Below are positions 51,123 through 60,072 of a DNA stretch of 64,000 bases, piece by piece. The notes beneath the pieces were generated by a model. It had not been told where the DNA came from. It did no database searches and saw only the letters and a list, made by a program, of their open reading frames with translations. The position numbers and the translations under genes were made by a program. Source of the DNA: a virus (Duplodnaviria > Caudoviricetes). Within the stretch, counting starts at the first letter, position 1. Each line of letters begins with the position of its first letter. The stretch lies in the IMG/VR virus record IMGVR_UViG_3300033073_001753, positions 4,390 through 68,389 of that record. One strand, given 5' to 3'.

Positions 51123-51124
51123 TA

Positions 51125-51979
51125 ATGAAAAATAGAAGCCACAATAAAAAAAGAAATGTCGGCATCATATATGAACAATTAATCAATCACATGTGTAGTT
51201 GTGTGGTCGAAAATAATGAAGATAATGTTAAACAAATCAATAGAGTGATTAAAGAACATTTTAAAAAAAATACTCAATTATTTAGAGAGTTAAAATTTTT
51301 TAATGCACTTATCAAAACTCGTGATATTGATTCCAATTTAGCAACAAATATTATAAATGAAGCAAAAAAAGCTTGTCAATATCATTTTTCAAGTGAAGAT
51401 TTAGAAATGGAAAAATCAAATTTAATTAAAGATCTAAATTATTCATTTGGAAAAGGTAATATCTTTGAATCTAAAATTAATAATTACAAAATTTTAGCAA
51501 CTGTTCAAACATTATTAAACGAGTGGAGAAAAGGTAGAAATTCAGATTTTGAAATTTGTACTGAATATGAAAAACAATTACATGAATGGATGACAACAAA
51601 AGAACCTGTAGTTATAACTGAAAAATTAATTACAGGTCAAGTTGATGAACTAACATTCAGATTAATGAATGAAAGATTTAATAAAAAATATGAAAACGTT
51701 TTATCTGAACAACAAAAGAAAATTATAAAATTGTTCATAGAAATTAATTCTTCAAATAAATTAGAATTGCAACAGGAATTTGAAAATATTAAAGAATCAT
51801 CAAAGAAGATGTTAAAAGAATATAAATCAAAATGTAATAATTCTATTTTACTAGAAAATTATTCTATTGTAGAAAATAGAATAAATAGTGTTGATTGTGC
51901 AGATACTTCCGAAGAAAGTATGAAAAAGTTTTTAACTTTGTGTAAATTAAATGAAGAATTAAAGGATGAAATGAAATGA
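51125..51979 (+). CDS. Conserved head-module protein between portal and protease (possible prohead core)
   Basis: MKNRSHNKKRNVGIIYEQL...ELKFFNAL...NYKILATV...LSEQQK; helical; position matches T4 core genes 67/68. Confidence 0.6.
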   Translation: MKNRSHNKKRNVGIIYEQLINHMCSCVVENNEDNVKQINRVIKEHFKKNTQLFRELKFFNALIKTRDIDSNLATNIINEAKKACQYHFSSEDLEMEKSNLIKDLNYSFGKGNIFESKINNYKILATVQTLLNEWRKGRNSDFEICTEYEKQLHEWMTTKEPVVITEKLITGQVDELTFRLMNERFNKKYENVLSEQQKKIIKLFIEINSSNKLELQQEFENIKESSKKMLKEYKSKCNNSILLENYSIVENRINSVDCADTSEESMKKFLTLCKLNEELKDEMK

Positions 51980-52581
51980 GTAAAATATTAAATGAATGGT
52001 TATCATTTGATTATGATAAAAAATTAATCCAAGAAGCAAAAGCATCTGGAGGTCCTTTAGTTATGAAAGGTATTCTTCAAAAAGCAGATACACTTAATCA
52101 AAATGGTAGAGTTTATCCAAAAGTTATATTGGAAAGGGAAGTTAGAAATTACCAGAAATTCATTAAAGAAAATCGTGCACTAGGTGAATTAGATCATCCA
52201 GATAGTTCAGTTGTTGAATTAAAGAATGCATCCCATATTATACGTGAAGCACATATGGAAGGTAATATTTGTTATGGAACAGTTGAAATTCTAAATACAC
52301 CATCAGGCAAGATCTTACAATCTTTAGTTGAAAGTGGTGTAACTTTAGGTATTTCTTCTAGAGGTGTAGGTTCAACAAAACCAGAAGGTAATCTTCAAAT
52401 TGTACAAGATGATTTTCAATTAATTTGTTGGGATTTTGTATCTGAACCTTCTACACCTGGTGCATTTATGATGAAAGAAGGAAAAGAAATCTCAGCAAAA
52501 CAGCTTCATGAAATTAATTCTTTCTTTAATAAATCTGACAGAATTTATAGAATTTTTAATGAAATAGGAGATTGGAAATAA
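51976..52581 (+). CDS. Prohead core maturation protease (T4 gp21-like)
   Basis: GILQKADTLNQNGRVYP; RALGELDHP; ASHII; LGISSRGVGS; WDFVSEPSTPGA. Confidence 0.95.
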   Translation: MSKILNEWLSFDYDKKLIQEAKASGGPLVMKGILQKADTLNQNGRVYPKVILEREVRNYQKFIKENRALGELDHPDSSVVELKNASHIIREAHMEGNICYGTVEILNTPSGKILQSLVESGVTLGISSRGVGSTKPEGNLQIVQDDFQLICWDFVSEPSTPGAFMMKEGKEISAKQLHEINSFFNKSDRIYRIFNEIGDWK

Positions 52582-53007
52582 ATGAGTAATTGGTTATCAA
52601 ATACAATAGCAGATAGAGATTTAGGAATATCAGATAATACAAGGATAGGTACACCTCATCACAATTATGTACCTGAATATCAAATGAGTGGCTATCCTTG
52701 GTCAATGACAGACACGGATTTGGATTCAACAGAAACATTGGATATTGATTTTCCTGCTGTAACTAGATGGATTACAATTTATTGTAGTGTAGCTATTAAA
52801 TTAAGTTTTAAACAAACAAATTCTTCTAGTGAAGATAAAACATTTTATTTACCTGCTGGAATGTCTCCTAGATTTGAATTAAAATGTAAACATATTCGAA
52901 TTATTCCAACTGACAATAATACAAAAGTTTCAGTATTAGCAGGTTTAACAAATATTCATCCTTCAAAATTCCCAGATCAGACATCGGATAATGGATTTAA
53001 TGTTTAA
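52582..53007 (+). CDS. Putative capsid accessory/decoration protein A
   Basis: Paralog of the next gene (HNYVPEYQMSG.P, VTRWI, SPRFELKCK, LAGLTNI, FPDQT..NGF); AGGAG RBS inside the end of the protease gene. Confidence 0.55.
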   Translation: MSNWLSNTIADRDLGISDNTRIGTPHHNYVPEYQMSGYPWSMTDTDLDSTETLDIDFPAVTRWITIYCSVAIKLSFKQTNSSSEDKTFYLPAGMSPRFELKCKHIRIIPTDNNTKVSVLAGLTNIHPSKFPDQTSDNGFNV

Positions 53008-53065
53008 AAAAATTTAATATTTAATTTTTTATTTTATTATTTAACTAACAAAAATAGAGTTTTAA

Positions 53066-53563
53066 ATGACAGTAGAAAATAATCATCGTTGGCCGGCCCC
53101 AAATCATAATTATGTACCTGAATTTCAAATGAGTGGTATTCCTTTTGTTGAAACATTCACTTTTCCTACAAATGGTGGATCAAACAATGGAGAATTAACT
53201 TCAAAAAAAGTATCATTTGATCAAGTAACAAGATGGATTCAATTTTTAAATCATAATAATGCAAATAATAGTCATATTTATGTTTTTTTTAATGAAACAG
53301 AATTAAATAGTTTTATTGCTGGAAAAAATGGAAGTAATATAGTTCCAAATGGTTATAAAGGTTCAAAACATATAAGGATTGATATTGCTACTTATTCTCC
53401 TAGGTTAGAATTAAAGTGTAAAGAATTATGGATTTTAGGAGAAGAAGGAACAATATGTTCAATTATGGCAGGTTTGACTAATGTTCCAGCAAGTGGATTT
53501 CCAAATCAAACTTATAGTAATGGATTTACAGGTGTACAAACAAATCCTGCGAATACAAATTAA
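53066..53563 (+). CDS. Putative capsid accessory/decoration protein B
   Basis: HNYVPEFQMSG.P, VTRWI, SPRLELKCK, MAGLTNV, FPNQT..NGF. Confidence 0.55.
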   Translation: MTVENNHRWPAPNHNYVPEFQMSGIPFVETFTFPTNGGSNNGELTSKKVSFDQVTRWIQFLNHNNANNSHIYVFFNETELNSFIAGKNGSNIVPNGYKGSKHIRIDIATYSPRLELKCKELWILGEEGTICSIMAGLTNVPASGFPNQTYSNGFTGVQTNPANTN

Positions 53564-53574
53564 AAGGAGAAAAA

Positions 53575-54141
53575 ATGAAGTTAGCATATGAAGATTTAAA
53601 AGAATTAGTAAAAGAAGCATTAATTGAAATATTACAAGAAGGTTTAGGAAATGTGTTGAATATGTCATCTCCACAAATAAAACCTGCACAAACAGTACAT
53701 ATGCCAAAAAATGACATGTTACCAGTTTCATCAGGTTTAATTGAAAATAAAACGACAAATAAACCTTTAATGCAAAAACAAAATTTAAACCAGAGTAAAC
53801 AGATGTCACAACCTGTTAAAAAGTCAATCACAACACCTGGTATTAGTGAAACAAAAGATTTAGCAAAGATGAAAAATATGATTTCTCAAAATAAAAGTGG
53901 TGGATCTTCACTTAGAGAATCAATTAAAACTGTAACAGATGATCCTGTTTTGGCATCAATATTTGCCGATACAGCTTCTACGACATTGATGGAACAAGCT
54001 AGAGCTGAAAAATCAAATATTTTACCTGTAGATGCTGCTTCACAGGTAGTTGCTGATAATGATTTAATGGATTTATTTGGAGATGGAGCAAATAATTGGG
54101 CGAAATTAGCATTTTCTTCAAAAGATTTAACAAAAAAATAG
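53575..54141 (+). CDS. Putative prohead core/internal head protein
   Basis: AAGGAG RBS; MKLAYEDLKELVKEALIEILQE N-terminal helix; LRE/LME sites; C-terminal DPVLASIFADTA...WAKLAF. Confidence 0.55.
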   Translation: MKLAYEDLKELVKEALIEILQEGLGNVLNMSSPQIKPAQTVHMPKNDMLPVSSGLIENKTTNKPLMQKQNLNQSKQMSQPVKKSITTPGISETKDLAKMKNMISQNKSGGSSLRESIKTVTDDPVLASIFADTASTTLMEQARAEKSNILPVDAASQVVADNDLMDLFGDGANNWAKLAFSSKDLTKK

Positions 54142-54192
54142 ATCTAATTGATTATATATAATAAAATATAAATAAAAAAACGGAGAAAACAA

Positions 54193-54462
54193 ATGGCAAT
54201 TAAATTGACCGAATCTATTTTAAAGAAATTAATCATGGAAGAAAAACAAAAACTTCATGAAACATTAGAAATGAAACAAACACATCCATCAAAAGTAAAA
54301 GCTCGTGAAGTTAAGGTTGATGGATTTGCAGACACTCTTGAAGCAAAAATTGACCACTATAAGGCAATGAAACTTCATGAATCTGAATTGATGCAACAAT
54401 ATATCAAATTACGTGAAGCACGTATTCAATTAAAAAAGAGATTGCTAAATGAATTAAATTAA
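54193..54462 (+). CDS. Small coiled-coil putative prohead core protein
   Basis: GGAG RBS; MAIKLTESILKKLIMEE...; several L-x-E sites. Confidence 0.55.
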   Translation: MAIKLTESILKKLIMEEKQKLHETLEMKQTHPSKVKAREVKVDGFADTLEAKIDHYKAMKLHESELMQQYIKLREARIQLKKRLLNELN

Positions 54463-54564
54463 TTTATTTTTAAAATATTAACTGACTCTTCAAAAAACTT
54501 TCTTAAAATATATAATAATTAAAATTTAAAATTCAATTTAAATATTGAGAAAGTGATTTTCTTT

Positions 54565-55224
54565 ATGGCTATGGCTAGAAGATACACAATGACTGATGTT
54601 ACAACTCCTGGTAGTTCAGTACAAACATTTAGAAATGAAATATCTGGTAATCTAAGTGGAAAAGGGTATTCAGATGATAGTAGAATGAGAAGTTTGTTTC
54701 CTACTTCTCCTTTGCATACAAATTATAATGATATGTCAATTATCAGTCTACATAAAGTATTTGTTGATACTCCTGCACTTAATAATTATGATTTTATAAG
54801 TACAGATATAAATGGTAAAGCATATCTTAAGTTTGATCATCCAGATGCACCTTCAATTACAATGCAAGAAATGAATAAACCTATAGAAGGAGTTAGTGTT
54901 GATAATCCTTATCAAGGTCATCCTAATTTGCAAGTACCTAGTTTAAATCCTAACGAAACTAGAAGTACTTCATCAGGATCAGAAGGTGGTCTCTTAAGAG
55001 AAAGAAAACTTGAAGATGGCGGTTTTGGTACTAAAAATAGTAATAAAAATTACGCATCATCAGAAGTTAGAAAATCAATTGGATCATATTTCACAAATTT
55101 ATATCATACTGATCTTCCTACAAAGAGTAATGCACTTGGAAATTCTACAATGAAAGATGGTCAAAAAAATGATCAATTATCAACAGGTGTAAATAATTTT
55201 GTACCACAAGGTTCACAAAGTTAA
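54565..55224 (+). CDS. Hypothetical head-module protein
   Basis: In-frame ATGs at 54565 and 54571 (the track's 54553 is GTG); Pro/Ser/Gly-rich (LFPTSPL, PYQGHPNL.VP). Confidence 0.5.
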   Translation: MAMARRYTMTDVTTPGSSVQTFRNEISGNLSGKGYSDDSRMRSLFPTSPLHTNYNDMSIISLHKVFVDTPALNNYDFISTDINGKAYLKFDHPDAPSITMQEMNKPIEGVSVDNPYQGHPNLQVPSLNPNETRSTSSGSEGGLLRERKLEDGGFGTKNSNKNYASSEVRKSIGSYFTNLYHTDLPTKSNALGNSTMKDGQKNDQLSTGVNNFVPQGSQS

Positions 55225-55272
55225 CTATATTAAAGTATTAATAATTAATATTAATTAAAAAAGTAAAATAAA

Positions 55273-56124
55273 ATGAAGTATTTAAAAGAAGATGGTGGAG
55301 GATTTGGTAATAGTGCAGGAATGGGGTCATTAAGGCCTGATTCTAGAGTTGGGTATTATCCTATTGGAGGTGTAAAAACTTCCGGAGGTATAAATGGTTG
55401 GGATATGGGTGATGCATTATCTGAACCTAAAAGTGAATTTGATTATGAATTAGAAGATGACAATGAAGAATGTGAAGATGATGAATTAGAAATCAATATA
55501 AATATTAAATCACCATCTTCTGGTTTTGTTGATGCTAATGACTCATTATCTAGGCATAATTCTACACATACAAATAGTTATTCATTTCCAAATGCAGGTG
55601 GTTTAGGTAGTACTAATTTAACAGCAGGACATCAGATTAATGGAGAAGCATTGTTAGAGATGTATATTAGAGAATTAATAAACGAGAATTCAGTTGCTAG
55701 GGGAATGAATCCGGGAATAGGTGTGTATAGTAGTTTTGGATTAGATGGGTATCAGGCAGGAATGCAATTAGGAAAGAGAAAAGGAAAGTTAGGTGGATTA
55801 GGAAAAAATGTGATGGCGCCTATGGGATCTCAAGGTGGAATGCAGCATTATCATGGACAAGGATATCCTAGAAAAGGTGATGATTGGTCTAGAGCAAGAA
55901 AAAGGTTGAGTGATAAAAGAGCGATGCCCGACAATGCTCAAGAGGTATCTGATCAATGGAAAAAGGAGCATGGGTTAGGTTTGACTTCATATCAATTATC
56001 TCAGATTGAAAATAAGGATTTGGATGCAGAATGGGTAAAAGATGTGCAAAGCAGAGAAGATGAGATAAAAATGAAGAATAAAGATCAAAAAGTATATAAA
56101 AAAAGTAAAAATAGAATTAAATAA
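55273..56124 (+). CDS. Gly-rich, partly acidic putative internal head protein
   Basis: MKYLKE start; acidic ELEDDNEECEDDELE; EALLEMYIRELINE helix; likely disordered. Confidence 0.5.
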   Translation: MKYLKEDGGGFGNSAGMGSLRPDSRVGYYPIGGVKTSGGINGWDMGDALSEPKSEFDYELEDDNEECEDDELEININIKSPSSGFVDANDSLSRHNSTHTNSYSFPNAGGLGSTNLTAGHQINGEALLEMYIRELINENSVARGMNPGIGVYSSFGLDGYQAGMQLGKRKGKLGGLGKNVMAPMGSQGGMQHYHGQGYPRKGDDWSRARKRLSDKRAMPDNAQEVSDQWKKEHGLGLTSYQLSQIENKDLDAEWVKDVQSREDEIKMKNKDQKVYKKSKNRIK

Positions 56125-56190
56125 ATTTATAAATTAATAAAAATAAAAAGATATATAATAAATAACATTTTAATATAAGAAAGTTTTAGT

Positions 56191-57891
56191 ATGTCTAGTA
56201 GTTTATATAGTGATGCAATTAATGATGCAAAAGCTTTAAAAGAGGCTGCGGAAGAGCGTGCTAAGCAACAGTTATTAGAATCTATGTCTCCTAAATTGAA
56301 GAAGATTGTTGAGTCGACAATTAATCAAGAAATGGGTTTATATGAATCAGATTTAGATGAAGATGATGTTGAAGAATGTGGAACATATGAAGCTGACGTG
56401 CAAGACGAAGCAGATGAGACGTGTGAAGCAGATGAATCAGATTCAGTTGAAGTGATTGATTTAGAAGACAATGATTCTAAAGGATTGAAAAATGAAAGTT
56501 ATAATGTTTTAAATAAAGTTCTGAATAGTAATGTGCTATCAAGAAATGCATCAAATGTTATAAGTGACTTTGATGTTAAGTTAAAACATCTTAAGGAATC
56601 ATTTGCTTTGGCATCAAAAAATAGAGTGACTGATAGATTAATTGAGAAAATTGATACTCAAATTAAAGAATTAGTCGAGGAATCAAAAAATATCGCTAGC
56701 AGTGATATAATTAAAAACAATAATCAAATTAAAACAAAATTTAAAAATTCTTTACAGGAGTTAAACAATATGACAAGACGTAGAAATAGTATTTTAGCAG
56801 AAAATTATGCTAGTTTAGTGAGAGGTCGTCGACTTTTCGAAGAAGATGAAGTAGAAGATATGGATGATATGCCCGAAGATGAAGGCATGGATATGCCCGA
56901 AGATTTAGATCTAGATAGCGAAGAAGGTTTTGATGAAATGGGTGGTGATGAGTTGTCATCAGAAGACGCTGATCAACTTATGGCTATTGCAAAGAAAATT
57001 CAAGCTAATTCTGGTGGTGAAGAAATGGATATGGGTGATATGGGTAGTGAAGAAGGTGAAGACGAAGAAATGCAAGAAGAAGCTTGGGGAGAAGGAGAAG
57101 ATTTGGAAGAAATGTATGAAGTAGACGAAGCCGAAGAAGAAGAAGTAGATAATATGCATACTGAATCTCGTCGTCGTAGATTTATGGAAGCTCGTAAGAA
57201 GACTGCTGCTCAAAATAAAAAAGAAGCAGAAAAAAAGAAGAAAGAAAAAGAAGAAAAAGAAGAAAAGATGAAGAAAGAAGCACAACGTCGTGGTGGTGAT
57301 GTGTTCCTTGAAATTGACGAAAATATGCTTCGTAGAGAAATTGCTCGTATGAAGCGTCTTCGTGAAGGTGATGCTCAATCTATGGCTTCTCATTTTGGTG
57401 GTGGCAAACTTGAGGATGAAATGTTTGTCGATATGGATGATTCAGATTTAAATGTTAATGCAAACAACTTAGGACGCAATCTAAAAGAAGGTTATAATAG
57501 TGGACGTCAAAATCGTCTATTGGAATCTAAGGTTCGTCAACAAACCCAAGCATTGGCCGGTATGAAGAAACAACTTAGCGAGGTTAACCTCTTCAATGCT
57601 AAATTGCTTTATGCCAACAAACTTATGCAAAATCGTGATCTAACTGCTGCTCAACAACGTCATATTGTTGAAAGCTTGGATCAAGCTTCAAATCTTCGTG
57701 AAGCAAAGTTACTTTTCGAAGGTTTAAGCAAGAGTTTAAGTCGTGGTACTTCTAGATCTAGTACTTTGACTGAAGGTGCCGCAAGAAGAATGACTGGTGG
57801 TTCATCTAGATCTACCCTCAGTGCTCAAAGTGTTGAGACAAATAGAGTAGAAGTTGATCGTTGGGCATTATTAGCAGGTATCAAGAAGTAA
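56191..57891 (+). CDS. Prohead scaffolding protein (gp22-like)
   Basis: Directly upstream of the MCP; acidic and coiled-coil; LYSDAINDAKALKE; EVNLFNAKLLYANKL; RWALLAGIKK; many L-x-E sites. Confidence 0.85.
   Translation: MSSSLYSDAINDAKALKEAAEERAKQQLLESMSPKLKKIVESTINQEMGLYESDLDEDDVEECGTYEADVQDEADETCEADESDSVEVIDLEDNDSKGLKNESYNVLNKVLNSNVLSRNASNVISDFDVKLKHLKESFALASKNRVTDRLIEKIDTQIKELVEESKNIASSDIIKNNNQIKTKFKNSLQELNNMTRRRNSILAENYASLVRGRRLFEEDEVEDMDDMPEDEGMDMPEDLDLDSEEGFDEMGGDELSSEDADQLMAIAKKIQANSGGEEMDMGDMGSEEGEDEEMQEEAWGEGEDLEEMYEVDEAEEEEVDNMHTESRRRRFMEARKKTAAQNKKEAEKKKKEKEEKEEKMKKEAQRRGGDVFLEIDENMLRREIARMKRLREGDAQSMASHFGGGKLEDEMFVDMDDSDLNVNANNLGRNLKEGYNSGRQNRLLESKVRQQTQALAGMKKQLSEVNLFNAKLLYANKLMQNRDLTAAQQRHIVESLDQASNLREAKLLFEGLSKSLSRGTSRSSTLTEGAARRMTGGSSRSTLSAQSVETNRVEVDRWALLAGIKK
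56756..56772 (+). promoter_or_regulatory. Internal ribosome-binding site plus in-frame ATG inside the scaffold gene
   Basis: AGGAG (56756-56760), 9 nt spacer, ATG (56770-56772) in frame with 56191 (Met194). Confidence 0.5.
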
Positions 57892-57976
57892 AGATCTAAA
57901 AATAGTTTAAAAAGTTGATTATACAGTATATAATTAGCTAATTAAAAAATAAAGCAATTAGGAGAAAATTAAAAAT

Positions 57977-59944
57977 ATGTCAAATTTTACATTACAACAA
58001 TTAACAGAAGGTATCCGTCAAAGACACGTTGGTACCAGCAATAAAAGATTAGTAGAAAAGTGGACCCGTACAGGTCTTCTTCGTGGTTTGGAAGATGTTA
58101 ACAGAGAAAATATGGCAACCTTGCTCGAAAACCAAGCAAGCCAACTTCTTCGTGAAGCAAATACAATTAGTTCTGGTGATATCAAAGGTTTTACCTCTAT
58201 CGCATTTCCTATCGTTCGTCGTGTATTCGGTGGTCTTGTAGCAAATGAATTAGTTTCTATTCAACCAATGAGTCTTCCATCTGGTCTCTTGTTTTATCTA
58301 GATTACACCTATGGTTCAAATGTTGGTGGTGAGGCAGGTGCTTCAACTTATGCATCTGGTTCTTCTATTTATAATAATCCAGTAGGTAAAGGTATTCAAT
58401 CTGGTTCTTTAGCAACTGGTGGTCAATATGATTTAGTTGGTTCTGGTTTCTCTAAACTTCATACAAAAGCTTTAGGTACAACATTAGTAGCTATGGAATT
58501 AGGTACAGCTGCTGATGCTACTGCTGCAGATACATTTACAGTTGCAAATGCAGATTTTGGTGCAGTTGGTGCAGACACTGGCACAGCATTAACATCTTCA
58601 AAATTATTAGATCCTACTAAAGCTGCAGATGCTAAAATTATGCAATTTGATAGTCAAATTGCAGATCAAATTACAGCCGGTACACATAAATATATTGCAT
58701 TTATTCTTAAATTAGCAAGTGGTAGAAATCATGCTAATGATGCAGCTTATAATCCTTTTGCGACTTTAGGTGCAGATTTGACAATGGTTAAAGATATTAG
58801 TTTACTTCTAACAGCTGTTAATTCGGATACAGGATTATCAAATAGTTTAAAGCCTGTTGATGCAGCAACACAATCAGGCAAAAATGTTTGGAATGTTAGA
58901 CGTTTAAATCAACTTGGTACTTGGGATGGTACTAATTGGGTTGCAAATCCTTTTGTAGAAGCTTCTACTACAAATGCTGCGGTGCTTTTTGTATGTAGAG
59001 TAAATGCTGCATTAACTAATGCATATGCATTTGCTGATGATAATATTCATGTAAGTTTTGTTAAGTCAGACGCTTTGAGTATTACATCTGGTATTCCTGA
59101 AACTGTTGTAACTCCTGGTTTTGAATCAGATATGGCAGCAGGTACACCTAGTCCAGTAATTCCTGAAATTGACATTAAGATTGAATCAATTCCAGTGACC
59201 ACATCAACTCGTAAGTTAAGAGCTAGATGGTCTCCTGAATTGGCTCAAGACCTTAATGCATACCATTCATTGGATGCTGAGGTTGAATTGACCCAAATTC
59301 TTTCCGAACAAATTGCTCTTGAAATTGATCGTGAAATCTTGAATGATCTTCTTACCGGTGCTCAAGGTGCAAACTTCTTCTGGTCTCGTGCTCCTGGTAA
59401 GTTTGTAAACAAGAGAACTGGTGCTGAAATCGCTCGTACTTCTACCCTTACACCTGGTCCTGCATTTACTGGTACCGTACGTGAATGGTATGAAACCTTG
59501 ACCGAAACCATTATCGATGTTGCTAATGAAATTCATAGAAAGACACTTCGTGGTTCTGCAAACTTTATCGTTGTATCCCCAGATGTTGCAACCGTACTTG
59601 AAGCTTCCGTACTTTATAGACCACTATATAGTATTGATGGTGATGGTCAAGTTTCTGGTCCATTTACCATGGGTGCAGAAAAGATTGGTACCTTAAGTAA
59701 TAGATTTACTGTTTACAAGGATCCATACTTCCCAAGAAATAAGATTCTTGTAGGTTACAAAGGTGGTTCTTACTTGGAGACTGGTTTTGTCTATGCTCCT
59801 TATGTACCTCTAATCGTAACTCCTACCATTTTTGCACCAGAAGATTTCACTCCTCGTAAGGGTGTAATGACTCGTTATGGTAAGAAGATGGTACGTGCTG
59901 ACTTCTATGGTACTGTAACTTGTTTGGATATGAACATCATCTAA
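57977..59944 (+). CDS. Major capsid protein (T4 gp23-like)
   Basis: AFPIVRRVFGGLVANELVSIQPMSLPSGLLFYLD; IPEIDIKIES; RKLRARWSPELAQDL.A.H.LDAEVEL..ILS..I..EIDREI; GTL..RF.VY.DPY; YAPYVPL; GVMTRYG; AGGAG RBS. Confidence 0.97.
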   Translation: MSNFTLQQLTEGIRQRHVGTSNKRLVEKWTRTGLLRGLEDVNRENMATLLENQASQLLREANTISSGDIKGFTSIAFPIVRRVFGGLVANELVSIQPMSLPSGLLFYLDYTYGSNVGGEAGASTYASGSSIYNNPVGKGIQSGSLATGGQYDLVGSGFSKLHTKALGTTLVAMELGTAADATAADTFTVANADFGAVGADTGTALTSSKLLDPTKAADAKIMQFDSQIADQITAGTHKYIAFILKLASGRNHANDAAYNPFATLGADLTMVKDISLLLTAVNSDTGLSNSLKPVDAATQSGKNVWNVRRLNQLGTWDGTNWVANPFVEASTTNAAVLFVCRVNAALTNAYAFADDNIHVSFVKSDALSITSGIPETVVTPGFESDMAAGTPSPVIPEIDIKIESIPVTTSTRKLRARWSPELAQDLNAYHSLDAEVELTQILSEQIALEIDREILNDLLTGAQGANFFWSRAPGKFVNKRTGAEIARTSTLTPGPAFTGTVREWYETLTETIIDVANEIHRKTLRGSANFIVVSPDVATVLEASVLYRPLYSIDGDGQVSGPFTMGAEKIGTLSNRFTVYKDPYFPRNKILVGYKGGSYLETGFVYAPYVPLIVTPTIFAPEDFTPRKGVMTRYGKKMVRADFYGTVTCLDMNII

Positions 59945-59977
59945 TATTTAATACTAGATAATAGTTTAATAACTTTA

Positions 59978-60001
59978 GGGAGTAGCAATACTCCCTTTTT
60001 T
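59978..60001 (+). terminator. Rho-independent terminator after the MCP
   Basis: GGGAGTA-GCAA-TACTCCC (7 bp stem, GNRA loop) followed by T6. Confidence 0.9.
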
Positions 60002-60072
60002 ATTTTATAAGACCATGTAAAGGTTAAATGACATACTTAAAATTAAAATAAAATTTAAGATAAGGTAAAAAT

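Noticed and set aside
36766-54174. T4 late promoter TATAAATA at 36766-36773 and 54167-54174, and recurring TAATTA/TATTTA in intergenic gaps
   Set aside because: The positions are plausible, but at this AT content such words are expected many times by chance; an intergenic-versus-coding enrichment test or TSS data is needed.
56866-56904. 15 bp direct repeat GATATGCCCGAAGAT in the scaffold, and CCTGCT repeats near 11626
   Set aside because: These are short in-frame coding duplications (DMPED, PAPAP) in low-complexity linkers, with no array structure.
1067-59536. All minus-strand ORFs in the track (60-161 aa)
   Set aside because: Each is a shadow of a well-supported + strand gene (e.g. the poly-Pro ORF 50498-50782 mirrors the portal Gly tract, and the poly-Phe ORF 56959-57393 mirrors the scaffold Lys/Glu tract); none has a recognisable motif.
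47409-59944. Inteins or group I introns in TerL, portal or MCP
   Set aside because: The conserved motifs are contiguous and in frame; the MCP insertion has no C/S...HN intein ends or LAGLIDADG motifs.
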